Below, in pieces: positions 25,465 to 40,708 of a stretch of 64,000 nucleotides of DNA. How positions within the stretch are numbered: the stretch's first letter is position 1; every line of letters starts with the position of its first letter. The translations under genes were made by a program, and so were the position numbers. A model generated the notes under the pieces. It saw only the letters and a program-made list of their open reading frames with translations. It ran no database searches and had not been told where the DNA came from. The stretch comes from Macrostomum lignano (Eukaryota), in assembly GCA_002269645.1 (NCBI GenBank), contig NIVC01001262.1:62001-126000 (forward strand). The letters are read 5' to 3'.

Positions 25465-26941
25465 TGTCTGGAGCCTGTGCCTGTTTCAGTGCCTGTCTCA
25501 GTGCCTGTGTCAGTGCCTGTCTCAGTGCCTGTCTCAGTGCCTGTCTCAGTGCCTGTCTCAGTGCCTGTCTCAGTGCCTGTCTCAGTGCCTGTCTCAGTGC
25601 CTGTCTCAGTGCCTGTCTCAGTGCCTGTCTCAGTGCCTGTCTCAGTGCCTGTTTCAGTGCCTGTCTCAGTGCCTGTGTCAGTGCCTGTCTCAGTGCCTGT
25701 CTCAGTGCCTGTCTCAGTGCCTGTCTCAGTGCCTGTCTCAGTGCCTGTGTCAGTGCCTGTCTCAGTGCCTGTCTCAGTGCCTGTCTCAGTGCCTGTCTCA
25801 GTGCCTGTCTCAGTGCCTGTCTCAGTGCCTGTGTCAGTGCCTGTCTCAGTGCCTGTCTCAGTGCCTGTCTCAGTGCCTGTTTCAGTGCCTGTCTCAGTGC
25901 CTGTGTCAGTGCCTGTCTCAGTGCCTGTTTCAGTGCCTGTCTCAGTGCCTGTCTCAGTGCCTGTCTCAGTGCCTGTCTCAGTGCCTGTCTCAGTGCCTGT
26001 CTCAGTGCCTGTCTCAGTGCCTGTCTCAGTGCCTGTCTCAGTGCCTGTCTCAGTGCCTGTTTCAGTGCCTGTCTCAGTACCTGTCTCAGTGCCTGTCTCA
26101 GTGCCTGTCTCAGTGCCTGTCTCAGTGCCTGTCTCAGTGCCTGTTTCAGTGCCTGTTTCAGTGCCTGTGTCAGTGCCTGTCTCAGTGCCTGTCTCAGTGC
26201 CTGTCTCAGTGCCTGTCTCAGTGCCTGTCTCAGTGCCTGTCTCAGTGCCTGTGTCAGTGCCTGTGTCAGTGCCTGTCTCAGTGCCTGTGTCAGTGCCTGT
26301 GTCAGTGCCTGTCTCAGTGCCTGTCTCAGTGCCTGTTTCAGTGCCTGTCTCAGTGCCTGTCTCAGTGCCTGTCTCAGTGCCTGTCTCAGTGCCTGTCTCA
26401 GTGCCTGTCTCAGTGCCTGTCTCAGTGCCTGTCTCAGTGCCTGTCTCAGTGCCTGTCTCAGTGCCTGTCTCAGTGCCTGTGTCAGTGCCTGTCTCAGTGC
26501 CTGTGTCAGTGCCTGTCTCAGTGCCTGTGTCAGTGCCTGTCTCAGTGCCTGTCTCAGTGCCTGTCTCAGTGCCTGTCTCAGTGCCTGTCTCAGTGCCTGT
26601 CTGAGTGCCTGTCTCAGTGCCTGTCTCAGTGCCTGTCTCAGTGCCTGTCTCAGTGCCTGTCTCAGTGCCTGTCTCAGTGCCTGTCTCAGTGCCTGTCTCA
26701 GTACCTGTCTCAGTGCCTGTTTCAGTGCCTGTCTCAGTGCCTGTCTCAGTGCCTGTCTCAGTGCCTGTCTCAGTGCCTGTCTCAGTGCCTGTCTCAGTGC
26801 CTGTCTCAGTGCCTGTCTCAGTGCCTGTCTCAGTGCCTGTCTCAGTGCCTGTCTCAGTGCCTGTCTCAATGCCTGTCTCAGTGCCTGACTCAGTGCCTGT
26901 CTCAGTGCCTGACTCAGTGCCTGTCTCAGTGCCTGCCTCAG

Positions 26942-27011
<70 letters not shown>

Positions 27012-27020
27012 CCTGTCTGC
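25465..27020. repeat. 12-bp (gtgcctgtctca)n array running into (GTCT)n
   Basis: About 1.5 kb; source of the TETG/VPVS/CLSQ/RQAL pseudo-ORFs. Confidence 0.97.
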
Positions 27021-27644
27021 TTTAATTTTGTTAACCCTGGGCGTCTTCTGCATTAGTATACTATATACTTTTACCTTCTCCATTCGCTCCCCTCTCTGCA
27101 TCTCCTTCCCGTTCCCCATGGCTGTCTCGCATGGCCCGTTGTCTCTGCATTGTTCCTCTCATCCCAGCCGTCACACTTACCTGGCCACTCATTTGCAGCC
27201 CCCTCTCGCAGCGCTTGCCTGTCAAGCATGAATATTTAAACCTCTGGCTTTCTGGCAGCAATTTTCGTGTTTCATGAATTCTTGGAAACGGCAGGTGCGG
27301 CGCGGAGGAGGCGGCGCAGGCGGCCGGGTGGGCTGAGACTGGCCTCAGACTTTCCCTCTCGTTTTTCTTGAGCAATTTCAGCGCTCATTTTTTCTTGTTC
27401 ATTTTTGCTCCTGGACTGTCTGAGATGGGATGGGAAGGGGAGGCGGGGCACGAGGGGCGATGGGGCAGCCCCGCCTCAAACGTAGTCGATGAAATGTCAG
27501 ACGGCGGGCCCGCGGATGCAGTCCTATCCATATTAGATTTTGCACGTGCTGTGGCATCATCAAGATGCGGATTTTGAATTTATGTAGCTTTAAAATACAA
27601 TTTTAGAAAAGGAAAAAATTGCAACTTCATAATGGAGAATTGCA

Positions 27645-28740
27645 AAGAGAGAAGGAGAGTAGCAGAGAGAGAAGGAGAGTAGCAGAGAGTGAGGGAGAGT
27701 AGCAGAGAGTGAGGGAGAGTAGCAGAGAGTGAGGGAGAGTAGCAGAGAGTGAGGGAGAGTAGCAGAGAGTGAGGGAGAGTAGTAGAGAGTGAGGGAGAGT
27801 AGCAGAGAGTGAGGGAGAGTAGCAGAGAGTGAGGGGGAGTAGTAGAGAGTGAGGGAGAGTAGCAGAGAGTGAGGGAGAGTAGCAGAGAGTGAGGGGAGTA
27901 GCAGAGAGTGAGGGAGAGTAGCAGAGAGTGAGGGAGAGTAGCAGAGAGTGAGGGAGAGTAGCAGAGAGTGAGGGAGAGTAGCAGAGAGTGAGGGAGAGTA
28001 GCAGAGAGTGATGGAGAGTAGCAGAGAGTGAGGGAGAGTAGCAGAGAGTGAGGGGGAGTAGTAGAGAGTGAGGGAGAGTAGCAGAGAGTGAGGGAGAGTA
28101 GCAGAGAGTGAGGGAGAGTAGCAGAGAGTGAGGGAGAGTAGCAGAGAGTGAGGGGGAGTAGCAGAGAGTGAGGGAGAGTAGCAGAGAGTGAGGGAGAGTA
28201 GCAGAGAGTGAGGGAGAGTAGCAGAGAGTGATGGAGAGTAGCAGAGAGTGAGGGAGAGTAGCAGAGAGTGATGGAGAGTAGCAGAGAGTGAGGGAGAGTA
28301 GCAGAGAGTGAGGGGGAGTAGTAGAGAGTGAGGGAGAGTAGCAGAGAGTGAGGGAGAGTAGCAGAGAGTGAGGGAGAGTAGCAGAGAGTGAGGGAGAGTA
28401 GCAGAGAGTGAGGGAGAGTAGCAGAGAGTGAGGGAGAGTAGTAGAGAGTGAGGGAGAGTAGTAGAGAGTGAGGGAGAGTAGCAGAGAGTGAGGGAGAGTA
28501 GCAGAGAGTGAGGGAGAGTAGCAGAGAGTGAGGGAGAGTAGCAGAGAGTGAGGGAGAGTAGCAGAGAGTGAGGGGGAGTAGTAGAGAGTGAGGGAGAGTA
28601 GCAGAGAGTGAGGGAGAGTAGCAGAGAGTGAGGGAGAGTAGCAGAGAGTGAGGGAGAGTAGCAGAGAGTGAGGGAGAGTAGCAGAGAGTGAGGGAGAGTA
28701 GCAGAGAGTGAGGGAGAGTAGCAGAGAGTGAGGGAGAGGC
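27645..28740. repeat. 20-bp purine-rich minisatellite
   Basis: gagggagagtagcagagagt repeated. Confidence 0.95.
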
Positions 28741-29879
28741 AGTAGTATTAAAAATGGAAATTGAAATGATGCAGCAAGCCTGCAGCATCCCGGAGACTCC
28801 CAGCCAGGTGAGCAGGCACAGGATCATAACGGAGACAAAAGCAGACAGAAAAGGGCACGCGAGGCTGCGAGCTGCCGCGCATTCAAGAAGGCATCGCTGA
28901 AAGCGGGGCTGATTGCAGGTGAGAGATTGAAAGCTCAAAAAGCGGAGCAGCTGGAAGAAGCTGGGTGAATTGATGAAGCCAGCATTAGGAGGGAATCAAA
29001 GGCGTAGAGAGAGGGGGGAGAGACTGTAGCTGATGCGGGTCGCGGGAAACTGAGCCGGAGATTTTGTGCGAGGCCGCCTCGTGTGTTTTAGCGAGCGGCT
29101 AATAAGTAGGCGGCGGCTGAGGGAGGCCGGGGTCGGCGCAGGGGAGGAAAGCCGACACCCGGCCGGTGAGCGCTAATGAGGCGGGCCCGGCCCCTTCCAG
29201 TCAGCATGCATATGACTGCATTGGCGGCACTTAGGCACTGTGGACTGGGAACTTAGTGACAATAAGATGACTGCCTGACTGACAGCTCGAAGCCAAGTGC
29301 CCGTCTGTTCGCCTTCTGTTCGCCTTCTGTTCGCCCTCTGTTCGCCGTGCCCACGTATTCGGCGAGAGGCGTGCTAAAAACTCAAAGCAAAATTGCAGGC
29401 CTTGTCAGTGTAAGATTGGGATTCCCAGCCTCTCCGATCCCCCGCAGCTCGCTGTCAGGGAATAGTGCACAGAAGGGGATACGGAGGAACAAAGGTGAGA
29501 TTAAGACCGGACGGGAGGGCTCAGACAGGTCGGGTGGGGCGGAAACTCAAAGGCGAGAGCGGCGCCTTCCGCCCCTCCCCATCTCTGGCCCTGGTTGTCG
29601 CACAGAGGCCTCGCGCGCGGCCACTGCCTAACCATGCAGGGGATTTTTTCCCAAGAGATGATTGATTTGAGGCCTCTGGCGGGGTACTTTGTCCCCGCGT
29701 CGCGAGAACAATGACCGGCCTGACCGGGGGAGTAGCTGAATGGCGACCGTGGGGTCTGGCTGATGAAGGACTGCCGGAGGCTGGACGCCGGCTAACGAGG
29801 ATGAGTGAAGGGGGGTGAAAGATGGGACACCATCCATTGTTGAGGGCAGGTCTCGCGCCCCATCTATTTCTGTCCACTT

Positions 29880-30062
29880 AGCATGCCTGCAATCATGCCT
29901 GCAATCATGCCTGCAATCATGCCTGCAATCATGCCTGCAATCATGCCTGCAATCATGCCTGCAATCATGCCTGCAATCATGCCTGCAATCATGCCTGCAA
30001 TCATGCCTTCAATCATGCCTGCAATCATGCCTGCAATCATGCCTGCAATCATGCCTGCAATC
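29880..30062. repeat. 12-bp (tgcctgcaatca)n array
   Basis: About 15 copies. Confidence 0.95.
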
Positions 30063-30609
30063 ATTCAAATTCGGTGGAGTAAATGCCAGTTTTCTGTAGC
30101 ATTTCCTGGAAAATAACTCGAATAGCTCACAGGTACATCTGGATTTGCTACAGGAAAATTATTCAAGTTATTGCTTGTAGAGCAGCTCACCGCAGGTGTC
30201 CCAGCTCAGCTCGGAGTTTAACAACCTGAACCTCCGATGGTCCTGAGTGTACCTGGCGCTTGGCTGCCGTCTGCAGAACGGTGCCGCATGTCCCTGTGCT
30301 CACTCTCCGCTTGACAGGGAAATAAAAAACCGATAAGTCAGTTGGTTGCCAAGGCCGGGTATTGGGGAGCCCCTCCGCGTGTTCCGCTGCTTTCCCCTGT
30401 TTTAGTTATCTTGTCTTCTGGTGTGGCGCTCAAGCCGCAAGGCGCAGCGCTGGTTGGCTGGGGCTGCCCAGCAAGCTGGAGCGGTTCGCTCAGCCAAGGA
30501 GACCCTGAAGCAGAAACTGGACTGCCAACTCACGATGACGCGAACTGTAGCATCCAACTTTTATGCCTCAAGGGCCAGATAGAAATCCAGCTCATGGCTG
30601 CAGGCCAGA

Positions 30610-31500
30610 TGAGAGAGGAAAGGAGAGAAGAGGGGAGGGCGAAAGAAGAGATGATAGGAAAGGAGAGAGAAGAGGGGAGGGCGAAAGAAGAGATGATAGG
30701 AAAGGAGAGAGAAGAGGGGAGGGCGAAAGAAGAGATGATAGGAAAGGAGAGAGAAGAGGGAGGGCGAAAGAAGAGATGATAGGAAAGGAGAGAGAAGAGG
30801 GGAGGGCGAAAGAAGAGATGATAGGAAAGGAGAGAGAAGAGGGGAGAGGCGGAAGAGGAGATGAGAGGAAAGGAGAGAGAAGAGGGGAGGGTGAAAGAAG
30901 AGATGATAGGAAAGGAGAGAGAAGAGGGGAGGGCGAAAGAAGAGATGATAGGAAAGGAGAGAGAAGAGGGGAGGGCGAAAGAAGAGATGATAGGAAAGGA
31001 GAGAGAAGAGGGGAGGGTGAAAGAAGAGATGATAGGAAAGGAGAGAGAAGAGGGGAGGGCGAAAGAAGAGATGATAGGAAAGGAGAGAGAAGAGGGGAGG
31101 GCGAAAGAAGAGATGATAGGAAAGGAGAGAGAAGAGGGGAGAGGCGGAAGAGGAGATGAGAGGAGAGGAGAGCTGAGATGAGAGGAAAGGAGAGAGAAGA
31201 GAGGAGAGGCGAAAGAGGAGATGAGATGAGAGGAGAGCTGAGATGAGAGAGAGGAAAGGAGAAAGAAGAGATGAGAGGCGAAAGAGGAGATGAGATGAGA
31301 GGAGAGCTGAGATGAGAGATAGGAAAGGAGAGAGAAGAGATGAGAGGCGAAAGAGGAGATGAGATGAGAGGAGAGCTGAGATGAGAGAGGAAAGGAGAGA
31401 GAAGAGATGAGAGGCGAAAGAGGAGATGAGATGAGAGCTGAGATGAGAGCTGAGATGAGAGGAGCGCTGAGATGAGAGGAATAGAGAAGACAGGAGAGAA
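30610..31500. repeat. 42-bp GA-rich minisatellite and derived variants
   Basis: 14-aa periodicity (KEREEGRAKEEMIG) in the ORF track. Confidence 0.9.
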
Positions 31501-32304
31501 GAGAGTTGAGAAGAGACACAAGACTCGATCGGGAAAGATTGCTATTGTGAACCTTCAATTGACCCGATGACCGGACTGAGATGCTTCGCTGGCCGGAGTT
31601 AGCCGAACCCCGCTGCAGATGTCCGGTTCGAACGGACAGGTGGCCGGTTTCTGCGCCATATTTTACAGAATCCGTTCGGCTGCATCAAGTTTTTTGTTCG
31701 CGTTTTAAGGTGAATTCTCCGTATCTCTGCACTGTTGGCGCTCCAGATGGCAGCCCAGGGTCTCCGTGACTCAGGTGACTCAGCGGTCATTCACTGTGTG
31801 GCAACTGGGCCGATCCGGAGAGCGGCTCCGGGACGCCACTCGGTTCGCTCGATTGGCTTCAAATCCACAAGGCTTATGGAATTCGGACACGGCGAAGGTG
31901 GGCGGCTTCGGTCAGCAGATTTGAGCCGCTCCGCTGAACTTCAAAGCCTCGGTCGGTCGGGCAGGTCGGGCGCGTTTGAGGCCAGGATTTCTATTCCCGT
32001 TTTATCATCGTTTTAGCAGTGCAAATGTGGGAAGTCTCCGAATGAATTTGTCAAGTAAAACACACCGTGTTACACTGTGTGAAAGACTGGGGCATCGGAT
32101 TGGAAAATGAAACGCAAAAGTTTTGTCTTCTGTAAAGTGGCAGAGGGGGGAAGGGTGAAAGATCAAATAGGCTTATTTATACATAACGACAGAAACTTCT
32201 GATTTAGTAACAGCCTGGTAACAATGCGGACTATTGTACTCAACGAATGTTTCTACTTATATCGGAATGCACTACTATAAGTCAACGATTTGATCAATTT
32301 CGAG

Positions 32305-33445
<1,141 letters not shown>

Positions 33446-33927
33446 AATGTAGCGCTGCAAGACGTCTGCCTTCGTTTTCGCTGAAATTACTGGCATTTAG
33501 TCCTAAAGAAGTGCTTAAAACGGAATAAAAAATTAACATTGACATATTGGCAATGGCAAATTATTTTTAGGAGACGTTTTCCCACTGCGCTACTTGAACT
33601 AGGCTATACAGCAAATATGTGGCAAACGGAAAAATCTGACAAAATCTTTTTTTTGATTTTTGCAGCCCGAGCCAGCTGGGAACATCGGGGCTCGTCAACA
33701 GAAAGTTGCTCATCGTTTATTTTGCTTGGTATCCGCAGTGACTGGCGAACAGCATTTGGGATGGATTTTAAGCTCAGAAGAAGAGGGATATTAAAATCGG
33801 GTTGGGAGGCAAAACTGTCTTCTCTGAGCGGGCATCAGGGCTCATCAGTTCAGTCTGGCTGGTTCTCTAGTTTTCATCACCCGTGGAACTCGCTGATCAG
33901 TTCTTGATGGTCCATGCTCAGGGCAAT

Positions 33928-35536
33928 TCATTCGTCACCTTCGTCACGCCAGTCCTCGAAAGCAGCTTCGTCATGATCGGAATGGCTGTCTTCGTCCATC
34001 AGATATTCGTCGTCGTAATTGCCGTTGCGCTTTCCTAGAAATCCGCGGGCGCGCTTTCCTAGAAAACCTCTGGAACGTTTTCCAAGAAAACCACGCGCCC
34101 TCTTGCCTAGGAAGCCTCGTGCTCGCTTTCCAAGAAAACCACGGGCTCGCTTTCCGAGAAATCCCCGAGCTCGCTTTCCTAGAAAACCGCGTGCTCGCTT
34201 TCCTAGAAAACCGCGTGCTCGCTTTCCTAGAAAACCACGTGCTCGCTTTCCTAGAAAACCGCGTGCTCGCTTTCCTAGAAAACCACGTGCTCGCTTTCCT
34301 AGAAAACCGCGTGCCCGTTTCTCCTCAGCCTCGAGCAGATGAGCATCGGACGCATCGGGGGCTCCGCGCTCGCCCACCGCAAGGGAGTCGACGTGAGCGA
34401 TGTCGCTGGAGACGGCTGAAACACGGCGAAAAAGGTAGCTTTAGGCTTCCATTGGTAAATCAATTCTTTTTTCTTTGAAAATAGATTCTACTATACTAAA
34501 TAAGGTTTGTCTCTATATATCTAGGTATGTGTGAAATATTAAAAAAACAGCTTAACCGATTTTTATCAGACTTGCACGATTCGATCTGACAATACCAGAC
34601 AGACACAGTGTCAGAAACAATAACAAACAGGCACAGTGACAGACACGGGGACGGACACAATACCAGACGGACACAGTGACGGACACAGTGACGGACACAA
34701 TACCAGACGGACACAGTGACGGACACAGTGACGGACACAATACCAGACGGACACAATACCAGACGGACACAGTGACGGACACAGTGACGGACACAATACC
34801 AGATGGACACAGTAACGGACACAATACCAGACGGACACAGTAACGGACACAGTGATTGACACAATGAAGGACACAATACCAGACGGACACAGTGACGGAC
34901 ACAATACCAGACGGACACAGTGATGGACACAGTGACGGACACAGTGCTGGACACAGTGACAGACACAGTGACAGACACAGTGACAGACACAGGACACAGT
35001 GAGAGACACAGTGACAGAAACAGTGACAGACACAGTGACAGACACAGTGACAGACACGGTGATAGACACAGTGACAGACAAGTGACAGACACGGTGACAG
35101 ACAAGTGACAGACACGGTGACAGACACAGTGACGGACACAATACCAGACGGACACAGTGCTGGACACAGTGACAGACACAGTGACAGACACAGGACACAG
35201 TGACAGACACGGTAACAGACACAGTGACAGACACAATACCTGACGGACACAGTGATTGACACAATGACGGACACAATACCAGACGGACACAGTGACGGAC
35301 ACAATACCAGACGGACACAGTGACGGACACAATACCTGACGGACACAGTGACGGACACAATACCTGACGGACACAGTGACGCACACAATAGCAGGCGGAC
35401 ACAGTGACAGACACAATACCAGACAGACACAGTGACAGACACAATACCAGACGGACTCACGCGCGCTGTCGGAGGCCCCCAGGATGGCGGCCAGCAGCAG
35501 GAGCAGCAAACTCGGCAAGCAGATTGCGGACTTCAT
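33928..35536 (-). CDS. Neuropeptide precursor, 187 aa, 12 x (A/S)RGFLamide; exons 35461-35536 and 33928-34415
   Basis: Exon 1 is a signal peptide MKSAICLPSLLLLLLAAILGASDSA with donor C|gtgagt; acceptor gtttcag is phase-matched (564 nt in total). Exon 2 has KR followed by 11 ARGFLGKR and 1 SRGFLGKR (Gly amide donor plus dibasic sites), acidic spacers, and synonymous codon variation between copies. Confidence 0.93.
34590..35455. repeat. Compound minisatellite filling the neuropeptide intron
   Basis: Interleaved ggacacagtgac and ggacacaataccagac units that begin about 5 nt from the donor. Confidence 0.9.
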
Positions 35537-36509
35537 CTTGCGTTTCCCTTTGCTTGGCGCAATTCCTCTGTTTGAGCTTCACCTGAAGGGGAGGCGGAAT
35601 GCAGCGGCGCGCCTGGGTCAGGTTGTTACTAATCTGCAACATCAATCCAGCTGTCCCAGCCTCCCGCCCCGCCCCATTCGGCTTTGATTGATGGGGGCTG
35701 CCTGGCACCCCAGCAGTCTGGTTGGCAACCGCCAGCGCCGTCTCCACTTCGTCTCCCCATCGCTTTGATCCCCTGCTACTCAAAAAGTTGCTTGCAGGCC
35801 GCGGGGGGCTGGCGGGAAAGAAGGAGAACCGAGGGGGGGATTCCCTTTCTATTGCACAGAGAGGACAAACACACAGATGACCGGTGGGTCTGGAGAAACA
35901 GTTCAGGTGGAATCCCTGCAGCTGGGCATCCCAGGACCTTCCGTTCAGCTGGTGAGCTCGGAAACCGGACACGGAAGCCGCGGAGCTGCCAATTTACCCG
36001 CCGCTGAGGGTTGAATTTCAGGTCAGCCTCCTCTGCCCTTCATCTGCTAATTTGCTTGCAATCAAGGTGATCTTGTGTTGCTTTCTTGTTTTCCCTCCGA
36101 CCTGCTAAGTGGGATGGACGGTCACGCTTCCAGTGGATCGCTTTTCTGAGGGAGGGGTCGCTTCGATTGGGCAGAAACACGGATTGGGCAGTCCTGAAGC
36201 CTCCCATGAGGAAATAATTGTCCAAAGCAGTGTCAAATGGCACATGAAAAAGCAGATAAAAAGAAATGGAAAAATATTTGTCGATTAGTAACAAAAACGC
36301 ATGCAATCGATTGAGTTGAGGAAAGTTATAAATGTACCAATTGGCTCGTAAACTTGCAAGATCTGCAAAAGAATTGCAGATTTTGCTAGGACAATTATTT
36401 CCCCCTGCCCGGGCTCCAACGAGCTTCCAAAATAGTGCAAACTTTATGCTCTTGGTTCCTTGATGCGTTACTCAATCACCGATGATATTGCTCAACTTCC
36501 ATGCTGCGT

Positions 36510-37150
36510 TCGGGCGAGAGTCAGAGAGTGTCTGGAGGGCGAGAGTCAGAGAGTGTTTGGAGGGCGAGAATCAGAGAGTGTTTCGAGGTGTTTCGAGGGC
36601 GAGAATCAGAGAGTGTTTGGAGGGCGAGAGTCAGGGAGTGTTTGGAGGGCGAGAGTCAGAGAGTGTTTGGAGGGAGAGAATCAGAGAGTGTTTCGAGGTG
36701 TTTCGAGGGCGAGAATCAGAGAGTGTTTGGAGGGCGAGAATCAGAGAGTGTTTGGAGGGCGAGAGTCAGGGAGTATTTGGAGGTGCTTGGAGGGCGAGAG
36801 TCAGAGAGTGTTAAGAGGGCGAGAGTCAGAGAGTGTTTGGAGGGCGAAAGTCGGAGAGTGTTTGGAGGGCGAGAAGCAGAGAGTGTTTGGAGATGTTTGG
36901 AGGGCGAGAGTCAGTGAGTGTTTGGAGGTGTTGGGAGGGCGAGAGTCAGTGAGTGTTTGGAGGTATCTGGAGGGCGAGAGTCAGGGAGTGTTTGGAGGTG
37001 TTTGGAGGGCGAGAGTCCAAGTGTTTGGAGGTGTTTGGAGGGCGAGAGTCAGGAAGTGTTTGGAGGTGTTTGGAGCGCGAGAGTCAGGAAGTGTTTGGAG
37101 GTGCTTGGAGGGCGAGAGTCAGGAAGTGTTTGGAGGTGCTTGGAGGGCGA
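36510..37150. repeat. ~25-bp minisatellite
   Basis: gagggcgagagtcagagagtgtttg with variants. Confidence 0.9.
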
Positions 37151-39804
37151 GGACCCGATGGGCGAGCAGGTCCTCAAGCACTTCAAAGTTGAAGGCAGAA
37201 AAGCTCGCGGCTCCTCTCCGCGATGCCACATGCACTTCTTTGTCAAATTTGCCGTAGCGTGACAAGCAAGCCCAGCCGTGGGGGTATCGTTGCTCAGAGA
37301 GAGCGCACTGATCCGAATCATTGATGATGAGGCAGTGAAGGTGAGCAGCAGCTTCTCAATGAGCTTCTCATGCAGCTATTTAACCACGGAGTTGACATAA
37401 AAATGCGATTCTTCCTAACCACCCGAACCATGGCTGCACCGATGCCCAGAGTGTGTGCAACTCTCCAGGAGAAACTGCCAAGTAGCTGAGAGCAGCGGAA
37501 TAGCTCACGGCCACACAAGAGACCTCAGGAGGTTTCCTCTGACCTTCTTCAGCTTGGGCCATAAAACCGAGCGGGAGAGATGGGGCTCTGCCCCCCCTCC
37601 ATTTGTCACCCGATTGGTGACATCGATTTTTTTAACTTTGAAATCGGTCAGCTTCGAGTTTTCTGCAAAAACTGTCAGCGCTAAGTTTCCCGCTTCGGGA
37701 TCTGGGGAACTCCAGCCTCTCTTCGTCATCAGTCTTCTCACACGGGCTTCCTCCTGAACTGGCTGGCCACTTTGATTTTCGTGCTTCACCGATCGCCGAG
37801 ATAGGGGAGGGGGGAGGGGCGGACAGACAGGGGGAGGGGGCGGAAAGTAGCGGAGGCAGCCAGCAACACCGAACTGCAGCATGAAAACTGGAGCCCCCGG
37901 ATCCCATTCGCTTTGCCGCCTGGCTGCCCCGGCCACCTTCGAGTCATTGATCATCTGAGCAGCCATTTGTCCCGCTTTCCTCCCATGCCCGCCCCCGCCC
38001 GGCTCCCTCTTCATCGGGGCGGGCGCCACTTGACTGTGATTTACGAACCAGTCGGATGGGGAGAAGTCGGGGAAAAACTTCCCTCACACCTTCCACTCGG
38101 GAAAGAGCTGCTTGAGGAACTGAAAGATTAGTGAGGCCACTTTGTCGCTAAACTCGAGCATCAAGGAGCAGCCGGGAGCAGAAAATGTTCCGCTCGCAAT
38201 TGAATATTCATCGAAGCAGGCAAGAAATGGCGAACAAGAAAAAACTTTGTGTGCTGTGCGAGTGGCTCTGGGTGGCCAGAGCAAACAGGTGGTAATTACC
38301 TCCTTCTCCGGCATGTTGACCGACTCAAGAAATTATTGCCCTGCCGCAGTCGGCCTCGGAGATCCGGCGGGCAGCCGGGCTCGTGGAAGCGAATTCCGCT
38401 GTCCGGTTCCCCAGTTTTACATTGCCAATCGCGTTGCCGGGCAGAGGAAGAAAGCAATTATCCCCACTCCCCGCCCACCTGCCCGGGACTCGCTGGTCGT
38501 GGCAGCGTGGGAAGCGGCATTCAGCATTCGCCGAGCAGCGCGAGCACAATGCAAGCAATCGAACCGAGGGCTGATCGATGGCAAAGCCGCTGCTCCATTC
38601 AGTCTCTTCTCTCATCTTCTAAATAGGAAAATTTTGGACAGCTGCTGCAAAAACGGGCCGCCCGAGACATCCGAAAGCTGGGCACAAGGGGGGGAATCAT
38701 GGTTCTGACGTGGAGAGCAGCTCCACTTGCTCCTCTTGAGGAGGGCTTGCGTCTGACGCGCTGGTTCTGCCTGTCAGAATGTGGCGAAGTAGCAGCAGAT
38801 CGGCAGGCAGGGACTGCAGCTCTGCGGCTCCTTCCTTCCCCGCATCCAGGCAGTTTGGTTTCGAGGCCCAATGCGAGCTATCAGCAATTGTTGCAAGTGT
38901 TTTGTTGCTCTGCCATTCAACAATGCCCATGAAGCAGCCGGCACTCAAGTACTCCCTCCCACTGCAGTTGAGCTGCACTGCCCGAGTCCAACTCCCAGCC
39001 AACTCAGCTCTGTGAGACAAAGGAGAGCTGAGGACTCGCCACTGCTGACTCTCAGAGGAAGTTAAAGAGTTCAGATAGCGAGAAGTTGCAGCAGAAACAA
39101 CAAGGACTTTTTCAGCAGCCACCCTCTGCTGGGTCCAAAGTGAGAAGGTGGGAGAATGCGCCGCACTGAGCAGCAATCTTGAGAGGATCAGAACAGTTTC
39201 CAGCCCCCCACCTAGAGTGTGGCAAATAAGCGAAAGTTGCGATGGTGAAACTCACAGACTAGACTCAGAAAATTATCCTGAAGAATTTTCCTCACTTTGA
39301 ACAGTCGGTAGTGGAAGCTGATCTTCCTCTCTTGGCGTCGGTGGCGGAGTCGGCAGGTGCGCGCAGGCTTCTGGGCGACCGCCTCGCCCCAATAAGTAGC
39401 CGCCGGGCCCTGCGCCGGGGGAGCCGCGGGGCGCTCGGATGCGAGGCCGGTGATTGGCTCTAATGGGGCAGGCGGGCATTTTCCTATTTACTGGAATCTC
39501 CTATTTTAGAAAACAATTGGCCAGCCAAGCGAGCCGTTGACGTGGCCGGAGGGGCGAGTAAATTGGGGGGCTGGGGGCGGCGGTTGCGACGAGGCGCCAC
39601 GGCAATTTCATTGCGCAGTCTCAGCCCGCTTGCGGCAATGCAATCTTCATAGACTTGATCGGGGAACTGAGAACTGGGTCAGGAAGCGGACCAGGACCGG
39701 CTTGCTGCCGAAGAGTTTCCTGGCTCTGGAATTGACTTCTTTGAAGCAGAGGAATGCGCTGTGTGGGGGCGCTTGATGGTTCTTGAGCTGAACTTGAGCA
39801 AGCC

Positions 39805-40135
<331 letters not shown>

Positions 40136-40590
40136 TTTCTCGCTACTTTCCGTGTCGAGTAGTATGAAAGGCAAACTATAAGGATAGATAATTTATTTTA
40201 GTCACATTCTAAAAGTTTGAAAAATGTTGGAGCACACAGAATGGAGACCTTGGTACGCGGTGGAACTACTTCAACTTTGCTGGTCTCCATTGGGTATTTT
40301 AAATCTATTAAAATCGATAGATTAAAATCGATTTTCTTCCGTCCCGTCCCGGAACAAAAGCATACTCGCCTCAATGGTGCCAGTTTAGTGCTAAAAATTG
40401 GAACATTTCATTCCCAATATCGCAATGTTTTAAACTGAAGTTGGCATGTTATGCTAGAAAATCATTTCATCAATATTACACCAACTTCTGTGTGAGAGAG
40501 GGAACGGGGGGCATCAAAAACCCGAAAAATCACAACTCCGAAAGCATTTCCCATCATAAACCCGATGTAGCACATTAATGTTGTGCTACA

Positions 40591-40708
40591 GGCCGGATCA
40601 CTACCCTGACTATCACAGATAGTCGGATCACTACCCTGACTATCACAGATAGCCGGATCACTACCCTGACTATCACAGATAGCCGGATCACTACCCTGAC
40701 TATCACAG
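40591..40708. repeat. 30-bp tandem repeat, ~4 copies
   Basis: gccggatcactaccctgactatcacagata. Confidence 0.85.

Noticed and set aside
25311-27119. 602-aa (TETG)n ORF and overlapping VPVS/CLSQ/RQAL ORFs
   Set aside because: A 12-bp array open in four frames on both strands; changes are not biased to synonymous sites, unlike the neuropeptide repeat.
31561-31975. Possible inverted repeats (acccgatgaccg / cggtcggtcggg) suggesting a MITE
   Set aside because: Match too short and imperfect; no TSD found.
37049-38029. GC-rich ORFs (e.g. LACHATANLTKKCMWHRG; MAPAPMKREP)
   Set aside because: No recognisable domain and no phase-consistent splice partners identified.
40566-40590. Hairpin tgtagcac-N9-gtgctaca next to a 30-bp repeat, suggesting a Helitron-like end
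   Set aside because: No CTRR terminus or matching 5' end identified; a single 8-bp stem is weak evidence.
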